DNA of 63,137 bases, counting the filler, from Reclinomonas americana ATCC 50394 (taxonomy: Eukaryota): the NCBI GenBank assembly GCA_048213135.1. It is 5 parts of 2 records of this genome, joined end to end, with 100 filler letters (N's around TTAATTAATTAA, not from the genome) between each part and the next. Parts side by side here need not be neighbours in the genome. Positions count along the whole stretch, not along the records: positions 1 to 13,027 come from PS015573.1; positions 13,128 to 32,851 come from PS015573.1; 3 more parts are not named here. One strand, given 5' to 3'. The notes under the pieces are model-generated. The model had not been told where the DNA came from and did no database searches. It worked only from the letters and a program-made list of their open reading frames with translations. A program made the position numbers and the translations under genes. This document shows, piece by piece, positions 1 to 15,454 of the stretch. The number at the start of each line of letters is the position of its first letter. Within the stretch, counting starts at the first letter, position 1.

Positions 1-26
1 CTCTCTCTCTCTCGTCTCTCCTCCTC

Positions 27-76
<50 letters not shown>

Positions 77-138
77 CATCTCCCTTCGTCTCTGTGCATC
101 TCTCCCTCCTCTCTCTCTCTCTCTTTTTGCAATCACAG

Positions 139-2747
139 GGCCAGCCTGTGTGGAACAACGAGGCCTCGCTCTCTGTGGGCTCTCGTGGACCGCTGCTGCT
201 GGAGGACTACCACTTGCTGGAGAAGCTGTCGAACTTTGACCGCGAGCGCATTCCTGAGCGTGTGGGTAAGTCGAGGCGATAAGGAGAGGGTGCAGGGTGG
301 AGTCTCATGCGGTTGTTGCGTTTGCAGTGCATGCCGTCGGTGCCACTGCCAAGGGATACTTTGAGTGCACTGCTGATGTGTCGCACTTGACCAAGGCCGA
401 CCCATTCCGCCGGTGAGCGAGCGGGAAAGGGGATGGAATGGGAAGGGGGGAATTGAGGGTGGGAAGGGAAAGGGGGAGGGAGAGGGGAGAAGACGAGAGA
501 ATGAGTTGCACAACCGTGCGACTCTCTCTCTCTCTCTCTCTTTGTGTAAAAACGTGTGCCAGTCTCGAGACATGCAGATGCGAGTTGCTCAGCGAGTGGA
601 AGTTGTCATTCCTTACTCTGCGAGATAGACATTGAAAGAGAAAGAGAAGACACAAGAGTTGCACAACCTTCCCACACACACTCTCTATTTGTGTGGTCCT
701 TCTCCTCCCTTTCTCCCTCTCTCTCATTGCCCAGCATTTCGTGATCGCTGACCATTGTTTTTTCGCTGATGCAGTGTGGGCCAGCAGACGTTTCGTTCCT
801 TCCAGATGTTCCACTCGTTGCGTGTGTCTTAACGCTCACTTCTGTGCAACAGGCCGGTGATTGTGCGCTTCTCGACTGTCGTGCACCCTCGTGGCTCGCC
901 CGAAACTCTTCGTGACCCGCGTGGTGCGTGCGCGTCTGTGGAAGATCTCCAATCTCTGTCTGTGGTCGCTCAGCCGCTTTTGTTGTGGTGCGCAGGTTTC
1001 GCTGTCAAGTTCTACACTCGCGAGGGCAACTGGGTGCGTTGTGGTTGTGCTTGTGTCTCGGCGCGCAAGTGAATGCCATCGCTGATGATGTATGTGTACA
1101 GGACCTTGTCGGCAACAACATGCCGGTGTTCTTCATCCGCGATGGCATGAAGGTGAGCACGCACAATGTGTTCTGCTTCCGCCCACGGCATGTGTACTCA
1201 CTCTGCTGTTATCATCCTCCACCAGTTCCCCGATATGGTGCGCCGCTCAAACACCTTTCCGTGCATTTCGCTGTTGTACTAATATTTTCTCCAATAACGT
1301 GCCTCCATCCAGGTGCACGCCTTCAGTTTCGTTCGCCCTCCTCCAGTTCATTCTCATGCACCACAATTGCTGACTCCGCCTCTGTTTTTTTACCGCACAC
1401 ACAGAGCCCAACCCTGTGACCAACCAGCAGGAGACATGGCGCATCTTTGACTTCCTCTCGCACCACCCAGAGAGCTGCCACATGCTCACCTTCCTGTTCG
1501 ACGACGCTGGCATTCCGACCAACTAGTTGCGCATCTTGCATCTCACCGTTCGCTCCTGTTTCCCTTCTCTCTGACGCACTCTTGCCCGCGCAGCCGCCAG
1601 ATGCCTGGCTTTGGTGTGCACGCCTTCAAGTTCATCAACCGCGAGGGCAAGGAGACTCTGGTCAAGTTCCACTGGAAGTCGCAGCAGGGTTTGTCTCATC
1701 CTTGCTTCCCCCCCTCCCTCCCCCTCCTCCCCCTCTCACGCTGTGTGTGCCACACAGGCGAGGAGTACCTGCTCGACGAGGACGCCATTCGTGTCGGCGG
1801 CTCCAGCCACCAGCACGCGCAGGCTGATCTGTTCGAGGCCATTGAGGAGGGCAACTACCCCGAGTGGACGCTGCACATCCAGACCATGGATCCGCGTGAT
1901 GTGGGCAAGCTTGATTTCGACCCACTGGATGCCACCAAGGTGTGGCCGGAGGATCTGTTCCCGCTGGTCGAGGTCGGCCGCATGGTGCTGAACCAGAACC
2001 CGGAGAGCTTCTTCCACGAGGTACGGATGGGTGAACAAAGGACGGACTCGCAGTGTGCTGACGTTGCATGTGTGTTGGGGTGGCGTAGAATGAGCAAACC
2101 GCCTTCTGCCCGTCGCAAGTGGTGCCGGGTGTGCAGCCGAGCGAGGACAAGCTGCTGCAGACTCGTCTCTTCAGCTGTTCCGTATTGTTGGAGAGGAGTG
2201 TTCTGTCACGATTTACAAGCATCTCACTGTGCCTCTCTCCCTCTTTGTGTAGACGCCGACACTCAGCGCTACCGCCTGGGACCGGGCTATCTGCTGCTGC
2301 CGGTGAATGCGCCGAAGAACAAGTACCGCAACTCACACTTTGAGGGCGCCGGCAACTTCACTCGCCGCACTGCCGAGGTCAACTACTTCCCGTCGCGCTT
2401 CACACCCGCGCGCAACACGCCCGCCGATGTGTGCACCGTGTCGTCGGAGGAGCTCTCTGGCGCTCGCGTCAGGCAGACGATCGACAAGGAGAACAACTTT
2501 GTGCAGGCCGGCCAGCGCTTCCGCTCGTTCGATGCTGGTGCGTGATGAAAAAATGGGAAGACGTGTTATCTCATGTGGCTCACACTCTCCTCGTTCACAG
2601 CTCGTCAGGAGCGCTTTGTGAACCGCATCGCCGACGCTCTGGCTGATGCAGAGTTGAAGCCGGAGATCCGCCGCATTTGGATCGACTACTGGACTCGCTG
2701 CGGCGAGGACCTTGGTCGCCGGTACGTGACGCGCACACTGTTTTTCG

Positions 2748-2816
<69 letters not shown>

Positions 2817-3125
2817 GTCTCGTCGTCGTCGTCGTCGTCGTCGTCGTACGTACGTCGTACGTACGTACCGTCGTACGTACGTACGTACGTACGTACGTTA
2901 CNNNNNNNNNNNNNNNNNNNNNNNNNNNNNNNNNNNNNNNNNNNNNNNNNNNNNNNNNNNNNNNNNNNNNNNNNNNNNNNNNNNNNNNNNNNNNNNNNNN
3001 NNNNNNNNNNNGTTACGTACGCCGGACGAGTCCGTCCGCCGACTTGGTAGTCGTACGTACGTCGTACGTCGTCGTCGCGCGCGACGTCGTCGTCGTCGTC
3101 GTACGCGCCACTACTTTTCGTTCGT

Positions 3126-3181
<56 letters not shown>

Positions 3182-3357
3182 GCCTCCCTGTTTCTCTCCC
3201 TCTCACTCTTGTGTGATTGTGTGTCTCTCTATTTGTCTGTCCGTCTGTCTCATTCCCTCTCGCTCTAAACCTAAGCGTAGAGTGTTTCGTTACTCACTCC
3301 ACGATTGCTTGTACACACAGCATCAACGCGGCCCTGGAGCGCAAGCTGCGCCGTTAA
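139..3357 (+). CDS. Heme catalase A (clade-1/plant-type), 5' partial, at least 14 introns
   Basis: Spliced exons read [86 protein letters not shown](TAA 3355-3357). All introns are GT-AG; the last one spans a gap. Confidence 0.95.
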
Positions 3358-3769
3358 ACAATCGGAGTGGTGGTGGTGTCGCTGTCGGGCGCCTCTGCAG
3401 CTTCTGTGGTCGTCCCTTGTCGTTTGTTGTGTCGTTTTGTGCCGCGCTCCAACTGTTGAGTACCCTGCTCGTTTTCCCCCGTTTGCAAATCTCTCTCTCT
3501 CTCTCTCTCTCGTGGCGCTCAACATCCACTGGCCGGTAAAAAAAGTTCGCAGCACGTCTTGTATCACATACGAGCGAGAGTATCGTCAGCCAGTTCATTC
3601 GGGAAACGTCAAGGGTCAAGGAGAGCGGTGGGTTTGTTTTCTTGGGACAAGACACACGGGAGTGGGGGGAAAGAGAGAAACAGGAGGAGAGAAGAAGACG
3701 GAAGAGGTACAGTGTTCGCTCCACGATCAAGCTGTGGCAAACAAAATGAACCGGCCACACAAAACACTC

Positions 3770-7330
<3,561 letters not shown>

Positions 7331-7779
7331 CTGGGAGGGGGAGGAAGGGGGAAGGTGAGGGGGGAAGGGGGAAGGGTAAGGGGGGAGAGGGAAAGGGGAG
7401 GGGAGGAAGGGGAGGGAATACAATCAACAAAGGGCAGGAAGCTGCGGACTTCTAAATCACATGAGCTGCCTCTTGGGAAAGGTGAGCGAAGAGGAAAGTG
7501 TTGAGGATGGCAGCGCCTTTCCTCCGACACTTGAACACTCAGTCACGGAGAAGAAACAGAGGAGAACGACAGGGAACCACATCTCGTCGTCAAACGACAA
7601 GCGACGAGAAAGAATGAGAGTCAGCATGGAGACATCCTCGACAGAGCAGCACATAGAGAGAAGCACCGCAAGCGACAAACAGTGAGTATTCTATAACTCT
7701 GAACAGAGGCAGAGGGAGGAGAAGACATGCAATGCACAGCAAGCCACACGTTCTCATCCTCCACAGAGTAGAAATAGAG

Positions 7780-8570
7780 AGAGGGAGCGACAACTGATGT
7801 AGAGCGACAATCTCTCACATTCGCGCAGAATGCGCATCTCGAACAGCAGTAAGCCATTCTCATCTCCACAGATGAGAAAGACACCAACAACGATCTGCAA
7901 AGGAGAGCACTCCTGAAAGGGAATGCATCAACGAGAATGCAGAAAAGCGACTGCTGCATGCATCTCACGATGGAGGAAGGAGAGAGAGAGAGAGAGCAAC
8001 AACTGATGAAGAGCAGTGCACATCTCTCACGTGCCCACAAGAATGCGTATCTCCGACGTGGAAGCCAAGCAACCACTGCATGCATCTCGCGATGGAGGAA
8101 GAGTGGAGGTGCGCGACACACAGCAACAAGCCACAGACGCTCATTCTCAACGGAGAAGAGAATGCGTATCTCCGAGAATGCAGACAAGCGATTATTGCAT
8201 ACTTCTCACTATGGGGGAGTGAACGTGCACACCGCACATCAGCAAGTCACACGCTCTCATTCTCGATGGAGGAAGGAGAAAGAGAGGGAGCAACAACTGA
8301 TGAACATCAGTGTACATCTCTCATATTCCCGCAGAATGTGCATCTCAAGCGATTGTTGCAGCAGCAAGCCACACACTCATTCCACGGAAGTTAAAGAGAG
8401 AGCGACAGAACCGACAGAGCAGCGCACATCCCCACAAGAATGCGCATCTTCAAGGTGGAAGACAATCAACACTGCATGCTTCTCTCTCTCATTCTCCCAG
8501 CAGAAGCAAAGGAAGAAAGAAGAGGAGAAACACGCTTGCAACGAGAGCGACAACTGATGTGAGACGCAAT
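7780..8570. repeat. Degenerate tandem repeat in catalase B intron 2
   Basis: GCRACAACTGATG at ~7786, 7996, 8290, 8548, and GAATGYGYATCT at ~7828, 8041, 8160, 8334, 8438. Confidence 0.7.
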
Positions 8571-8579
8571 AGAACAGAG

Positions 8580-8617
<38 letters not shown>

Positions 8618-8861
8618 CTAACACACACCACCCACCACCCTACCCTACCCAACACTCGACACTACTACAACTACTCCGTCCGACACTAGTCGGACGGTAC
8701 TTCCTCCTCCTACCACCTACCTTCGTTACCGACCGACCGACCACCNNNNNNNNNNNNNNNNNNNNGCAATGTGGGACAGAGACAGTTCAGCGCGAGCACA
8801 GTCACTCGTCTCAGCCCGCATTCCCGCGACATCCGCGCGCGCTTTTGCCACACCCCACACC

Positions 8862-9260
8862 ATGAACCCCGACCCGAGCAAGGTATGCAGCACACGCAAG
8901 AAAGATAACGCACAGATTCCGCGCGCGCACGAAAAGAGAAAAGAGACAATGTCAACCCCGACCACGCACACACGCGCACGCACACACACAAGACAGTTGC
9001 ACATGCACACAGCATGCATCTCCGACTACGTGTGTGCATATGTGCGCGTGCGTGTGTGCGCGTGTTTCGTGCGGAGATGACGCAGGAGTGTGACATGTCT
9101 CCGCGCGCGTATAACACTCACTCTTCTGTCTCCTCTGTGTCAATAGTATGTGCCGTCGACGGCGCACAACCCGCCGCACTTTACCACCAACACGGGTGCG
9201 CCAGTGTGGAACAACACCAGTTCGATGACTGTGGGAGTGCGCGGCCCTATTCTCCTCGAG
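8862..9260 (+). CDS. First two exons of catalase B (8862-8882, 9147-9260) on a small contig that is probably inverted in the scaffold
   Basis: [45 protein letters not shown]| ends in phase 0 and joins exactly to DFYLIEK at 7330(-). The contig end 9310-9410 matches the reverse complement of ~8556-8655. Confidence 0.85.
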
Positions 9261-9347
9261 GTGCGTGTCAAGAGTGTGAGAGAGATCCGCATGTGCGGAG
9301 ATGTGATGTGCAGTGTTGGGAAGGGTGGTGGAGGGTGTGTGTGTATG

Positions 9348-9383
<36 letters not shown>

Positions 9384-9461
9384 CTCTCTGTTCTATTGTC
9401 GTCTCACATCNNNNNNNNNNNNNNNNNNNNGACGGACGACGGAGACGAGAGAGAGAGAGAC

Positions 9462-9520
<59 letters not shown>

Positions 9521-9669
9521 GAGAGAGAGAGAGAGAGAGAGTGAGTGTGAGAGTGTGTGTGTGAGAGTGCGAGAGTGTGAGAGTGAGAGTGACACGTGAG
9601 CAACAGAAAAGAGAGAAAAAATGCGTCACTCTCTGTCTCTCACTCTCTCTCTCTCTTGCTCTTGTGCCA

Positions 9670-10140
9670 TGCCTTGTGCAGTGCTGCACGACTCCACACT
9701 TGTGCATACGATCCACGTTTGCAGCCCACCACACACAGTGTGGCGTAATTCACTCTCCTTCTTTGTTGTCTCTCTCTTGCTCTCCTTCTCATTCCTCTCT
9801 CCCCCCCTTGCCTCTTTGGGCGTGTCTCCCACAGTGTTGCACGACTGCACACCTGTCCTCGTTAGCCATCCCATCGCAGCAACGCTGTGGCGAATAAGCA
9901 TTCACTCTCTTCTTTCTCCTTGTCTCTCTCCCTGCTCTGTTCTCTCCCTCACTCTTTTCGCTCTCCCTTGCCTCTTTACAGTGCCACGCGACTGCACACC
10001 TTGCATGCGATGCACGTTTAGGCGAACTTTTCACATTGCTCGTCCGCCTTGTCCTTGTCTCTCCCTGCTCTGCTCCCTCTCTCTCCCCGTTGCCTCCTTG
10101 CTGTACTCACTGCACGACTGCACACGTGTGCATGCGATCC
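9670..10140. repeat. Degenerate ~130-155-bp tandem repeat, intergenic
   Basis: TGCACGACTSCACAC-like core at ~9685, 9838, 9985 and 10111, separated by CT-rich spacers. Confidence 0.65.
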
Positions 10141-10854
10141 ACCCCATCGCGTGCATTTCTTTGAGACAATTATGCATATTCTCCTTCTCCTTTTCCTCCC
10201 TCTCACTCCCTGCCCCGCCTTCTGCCACTCTCGCACCACCCACCTCGTCTTTCGCGCCTCATTGCACGCGCCAGCATGACAGCGAGCAAAGATGTGGTGA
10301 TGCGGAGATGCATGCGTCTCGAACACACCGTACCCAGCAATCACTCTCCTCTCCCTCTCACTCCTTTGTCGGGCACACACCATCACACACTCACTCGTCC
10401 ACAGTATATCGCTGCATACCGGCATGCTCTCAATCACGGGATTGGTTTCGCCTTCGTACCCACCACACACTCTTTCGCATGCGGCATGCATTATGCATGA
10501 GCTCCGGGGTCGGAGGTAATCAAAAGCACGCGCGTGCCAACATCAGCACACACATAAGACGAGAGAGAGGAGAGGGTCGGCTCTCCTTTGCAGAACTCTT
10601 CACAAGTCGCGATCGCCCTCAAGCTCTCAAATTTAAATGCATGCTGGCCGACGACGACCACTGCTTATCGTGAACAATTATGTGTTGCTGCAGTTGAGCG
10701 GTCGGCAGGAGAGGAATGCAACGTTCTCATTAAAAAAAAAGAAGCAAGATTCCGCGCCCAACGGTCGACTTTTTTTCTCTTTCTCGCACAACATTGGGAT
10801 CGCGCGCGAAATTTTGTTTTTCACTTTCCACATTTCGCGCCCACCAGAGAGATA

Positions 10855-12855
10855 ATGCGCCACTCGTCCACAGTGCTGACGCCCGCCGTGGTGACGCTGC
10901 TCGTGTTGACTGCAGTAGTAGTGGTCGTCATGGCCGCACCCGCACAGCAGGTTTGTTTTGCTGTGTTTGTGGTTTGTGGGGAGAAATGGCGCGCAAACGC
11001 ACCCCCGTCCCTCACTCCCAACATCGCGCGCGCTCTCCTCTCTCCTTTTTGTTGGCACACGCACACACAGAGCACAAGAACAGCTGCGCCATCATCGCCT
11101 GTTGCTACCAACGCCAACACTGCTGCAAGCAAGCCGCAAGACACAAGACCAAAGGCGCCCTCACAACAACCACAATCATCATCACCTTCATCAAATGCAG
11201 CAGCCGCAACGGCACCACAAGCAGGTGCCACAACAACAACAACAACAGCAGCAGCAGTGCCACCATCACGAGTGTTCACAGTTGCGTGTCTGTGTGTCTT
11301 GTTATATTTTGGCGCGTAACCCCGCTGCTCATTGTGCACACTCTCTCTCGCTCTCTCATGAAGATTGCTGGTGCTGTGACGTTGACGCCTGAGACATACC
11401 GCACAAGCACTGCCAAGGGCAACTGGCTGGTGGCCTTGTTGCGTGTCTTTTTGTTGGGTGTGCATAATGCATGTCGACTGGGCGCTCATTGTGTCAATGT
11501 GTGGGAGTAGCACTGCGGAGAATGGCGCAGCGTCGCAATGTGCGTCGTGCGCGGAGGTGAATGCAGTGATTGCTGAGCTGTTGCGCTCGCAGTCGCTGCC
11601 GGCGGGAACGGCAGTGGGTGTGGTCGACTGCAGCCCGACCGCCTTTGCCAGTTGAGTAGCAGTCGACGTGCTGCAGTCAGTCTTTAGTTGCGCGACTCTT
11701 TTGTGCTCATTGCTATCCTTTGTGTGTGTTAGCGTTCTGCACGCCGGCAGTGGGTGCGCGTGGATCGCTGCGGTACATGACGGACGGCATCCCGCACCTG
11801 TTCCGGGTGGGCGTGACGCCGCTCACCGCCACTAGTGTGCAGGCCTGGGTCACGGGCATGCAAGAGTTGCGCATCCGCTCTGTGAGTACAAGCGTGTGTG
11901 TGTGTGTGTGTGTGCCTTACGCGTGCGCTGCAGGAACGTGCCGATTATGGTGCAGGCTGATGTGCGCAAGTGGGATGTGTGGCGCGATGTTGCGTACTTT
12001 TTTTCGCCATTCTTCTGCTCCTTGCATGGCGCTCACGCGTGCGTGGTACAGGGCGTCCTTGTGGCCATGCGCGGCGACGAGGAGCTGCGCAAGTCCATCC
12101 ACTCGTCGGCAGTGAGCCCGCAGCAGCTGGGCGCTCGCTCCTTCTCGACGCAGGCGACCCGCCTCAGGCTGCTGAATCGCACCTTTGCGTTTGTGTCGGA
12201 CCTCAAGTTGCGCATGCCGCCACCCGCGCCTCGTGTGCGATGCTCGTACTCACCATCTCCATGAAACGCACAGGGACGTGCAGAAGCTCGGCCCAGTGAC
12301 CGAGGGTTGCACCGGCTCGCAGCAGCCGTCAGTGGTGGCCGTGACGCAAACCGGCGTCTACATGTTCTGCAGCGACCAGCTCAACTACGCCTACTCGCAG
12401 TGGCTGTCGCGAGTGGCCAAGCCGCGAGTGATGCGCCTGTCGGCGTCGTCGTGGCCGGCACTCAAGACCACTGGCAACGGACGGTCGTTTGGCATTGTGT
12501 TTGCCGAGGAGGCTCACATTGACGTGCCGAAGCTCGCCGCCGTCTTCCAGGCCGCACTCGCCGCCAATCCCAACGCATCCTACTTTTACTGCACCATGGC
12601 CGAGGCTGAGGTGCGTCTCTCGAAAAGTACCGCCGTCGCTTATTTTCGCTCGACACTCACCTCTCTTTTCGCCATCTCCCACAGGCCGTGTTGTCTCGCC
12701 GCGCCCAACAAGTACAGGCGCTCTCCCGCACCAACACACCGATTTACGTGGCCGACGGCCGAGGCGTGGGCATGCCCACGGAGGACCGCAAGGGTGTGAG
12801 CAACGTAACACCGGATAGCTTCAAGACCTTTGTGGCCGCCAACGCCGAGGCGTGA
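10855..12855 (+). CDS. Secreted thioredoxin/PDI-fold protein (CASC motif)
   Basis: Hydrophobic signal peptide, S/T/Q-rich linker, then AVTLTPETY..GNWLVAF..QCASCAEV..VGVVDC. Eight GT-AG introns keep the frame open to TGA 12853-12855. Confidence 0.7.
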
Positions 12856-13071
12856 GGAGACTCCGCCGCTACTACTCTAGGACGACAATAATTTGCAAAG
12901 GATACTCTGCCGGTTCCTCTCGGTCTGCGCGGCTTCGTGTGTGTCTCTGTTGTGTTTTTTTCCCCCTTTCTCTTCTGCCTGTCGGTTGGGTGTGCGCGTG
13001 TCGGGGTTGTGTGTGTTTGTGTGTGCGNNNNNNNNNNNNNNNNNNNNNNNNNNNNNNNNNNNNNNNNNNNN

Positions 13072-13083
13072 TTAATTAATTAA
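13072..13083. other. Artificial scaffold linker TTAATTAATTAA
   Basis: Six-frame stop 12-mer flanked by 44 N on each side; the same construct occurs four times. Confidence 0.97.
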
Positions 13084-13130
13084 NNNNNNNNNNNNNNNNN
13101 NNNNNNNNNNNNNNNNNNNNNNNNNNNAAA

Positions 13131-13385
13131 GGCGATGGAAGTGGCGACGTCGGCGACGTCGATCAGATCGCGATTGGAAGTTCTCTGTAAGTCACCTGCT
13201 GTGCACGACCTTGTCGCTGGCGGATGCACGTCCACAATGCAAGCAGGAATGCGTGTGTGTTAACAGCGCATGCACAGGAGAGAGGTCGATCGGGCGATGG
13301 AAGTGACATCGATCGGATCGCGATTGGAAGTTCTCTCTGAGACGCCTGAGGTGCACGGCCTTGTTGCCGGCGGATGCATGTTCAG
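13131..13385. repeat. Two diverged ~100-bp copies about 160 bp apart
   Basis: GGCGATGGAAGTG..GATCGCGATTGGAAGTTCTCT..GTGCACG..GGCGGATGCA at ~13131 and ~13293. Confidence 0.8.
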
Positions 13386-13620
13386 CGACGCCAACAGGAG
13401 CGTAGGGGATGAGTGCAGGCAGCAGAAGCGATCCTGATCGTTCTCTCCGCACTCGAAGTCCCGATTGGCACACTTTTGAACCCAAATCTCAACCTCAGAT
13501 CGCTTCCGACCACCTGTAGTCCTCTGGCGCAACACTCAGTTGGGCGATCGCCCGCCAGCTCGCCCGACAACAAGAGCTCCGTCACGCCAATCGACGAAAA
13601 ACACAAACCTATTTTTGCAA

Positions 13621-14835
13621 ATGAGTGCGGAGGGCAGACAACTTGTGTTCCGTTTCGGGCTCGTCGCCGACGTGCAGTACGCTGATGTGCCCGACGGTCG
13701 CAGCTACCACGGCGTGTTGCGTGACACTGCGCCTCTGCTTCCCTCCCTCCTCTCTCTCTCTCTCTCTCACATGATGGGAGCAGTCCGCGTTACTATCGCC
13801 ACGCCAAGAAGCTGCTGGAGGACGCGGTGCAGCAGTGGGAGGCGGAGAAGAGCGAATGTGAGGCACTCGGTGTGCCGTTTGCTTGTGTGATGGTGAGCGG
13901 CGAGTGGGGAGGGAGGCAGAAGTACATACGATGCTCATCTCAAACTGCTTGTAGAACCTGGGCGACACCATTGACGGCTGTGCGCGTGCGGCCTCGGCCA
14001 CGGCACTGGACGAGGTGATGCAGGTGTTTGAGCGATTGCCGGTGCCGTCGTATCACACGCTGTTGCGTTGTTGCATGTCAATCTCTCTTGTTGGCCTTTC
14101 CCCTCATCACAACCCCGTGCTCCTCCCAGTGGCAACCACGAGCTGTACCACCTGCATCGGCGACACGTTCTGCGTCGACAGGCGTACCCCACCGCGCCCC
14201 ATCCGGACGAGGACGACGCCGAGGCGCTGCAGCACCACCCGGACGACATTGGCTACTATCACTTCTCGCCGCACCCGGGCTTCCGCTTCGTCGTGCTCGA
14301 CTCGTACGAGGTGGCGCTGCATGGGCGGCACAAGGCGCACCCGCTAGTGGCCGAAGCGCGGCGCGTTCTGGAGACGCACAACCCCAACGAGGAGAAGAAC
14401 TCGCCACCGGCCGACACGGCATACAAGCGCTACGTGGCCTTCAACGGCGGCACCACGCGCCAGCAGGTGGAGTGGCTGCGAAGGACGCTGGCCGAGGCTG
14501 CAGCGGCCGGCGAGCGCGTGCTGGTCTACTCGCACATTCCGCTGCACGAGCGCGCGGCCGAACCCTTGGGACTGATGTGGAACTACGAGGAGCTGAGCCA
14601 GGTGATCAAGGAGGCGCCGCGCGGGGTGGTGTGGGCGTGCATGGCGGGCCACACGCACGAGAACTTTGAGGCGGAGGACGGCGGCATCATGTTCAAGACG
14701 CTGCCGTCGCTGCTGGAGTGCACGCCCGGCAGAAACGCCTTTGCAACGGTGGATGTTTACGAGGATGGGTTTGTGGTGCGTGCCGATGGCGAGCTGTGGC
14801 CCACTGCATTCACTGCTCCACCACCACTGCAATGA
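13621..14835 (+). CDS. ADPRM: Mn-dependent ADP-ribose/CDP-alcohol diphosphatase (metallophosphoesterase)
   Basis: FGLVADVQYAD, RYYR, LGDTIDG, LGNHEL, FNGG..QVEWL, SHIP, AGHTH motifs; 3 introns. Confidence 0.88.
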
Positions 14836-14844
14836 ACTTTTGCT

Positions 14845-15174
14845 TCATTCCGCGGCCTTGCTGTCGATTGCCTGCTTGTGCAGCAGAATGCGACGCGAGG
14901 CACTGAATCGGTCGCCAAAGCGACGCAGTCCGTCGGCGCGGAAGGCCGGTGAGTGATTCACGAGGTAGTTCTCGAGGGCGGCGCGGTCGCGCAGGCGGTA
15001 CTGTATGGTCCACAGTGCGGCGCCCGCGTCGTTCTCCTCCTCGCGCTCGAGCCACTCGGCGGAGAGGAAGCCGTCGATTTGGAGGAGTTGGTGGATGTGC
15101 TCGGGGAGCCAGGCGGCGTATTCGTCGCGCACGTCGGCGTGGACGGTGAGGTTGACCTCGTAGATGACGCTCAT
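14845..15174 (-). CDS. DUF4286-like small protein, intronless
   Basis: VIYEVNLTV..AWLPEHI..LLQIDGFLSAE..TIQY..LENYL..PAFRADGLRRFGDRFSASRRIL resembles bacterial DUF4286 proteins. Confidence 0.75.
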   Translation of the reverse strand: MSVIYEVNLTVHADVRDEYAAWLPEHIHQLLQIDGFLSAEWLEREEENDAGAALWTIQYRLRDRAALENYLVNHSPAFRADGLRRFGDRFSASRRILLHKQAIDSKAAE

Positions 15175-15454
15175 GGTGAGAGGAACGAGAGTGCTGAAGA
15201 AAGGGCGCGGACATTGTTGTGGGACAGAAACAACATCCGTCGGTGTTGTAGTCTGCTGCTGCTGCTGAGAGAAGAGCTTGTGTGTCTCGTTCTGTTCAGT
15301 ACTGTGTCGTTCCTCATGTGACAGAAGGGGAGCAGGAGTGTGAGCTGTTGCATATCCGCTTCCTATTGTCAGAGAGAGAGAGAGAGAGAGAGCGTGTCAC
15401 TCCCCTGTGCATCTTGTCAGTGTGTTGTTGTCGTTCTTCTTGTTGCGGCGCATC

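Noticed and set aside
1524..1526. In-frame TAG in both catalases (also 5783-5785 minus), suggesting stop-codon reassignment
   Set aside because: Each is TA|GTTGCG, a split Tyr codon at a donor; TAA, TAG and TGA all end genes in this window.
2812..3110. (CGT)n/(ACGT)n repeats, also at 6160-6170 and 8650-8745
   Set aside because: They occur only between long (CT)n tracts and gaps, which fits pyrosequencing read-end noise.
8766..9410. Catalase B 5' exons on the opposite strand, suggesting trans-splicing or a scrambled gene
   Set aside because: The segment is a small contig between two 20-N gaps and its end overlaps the reverse complement of ~8556-8655; a mis-oriented contig explains it.
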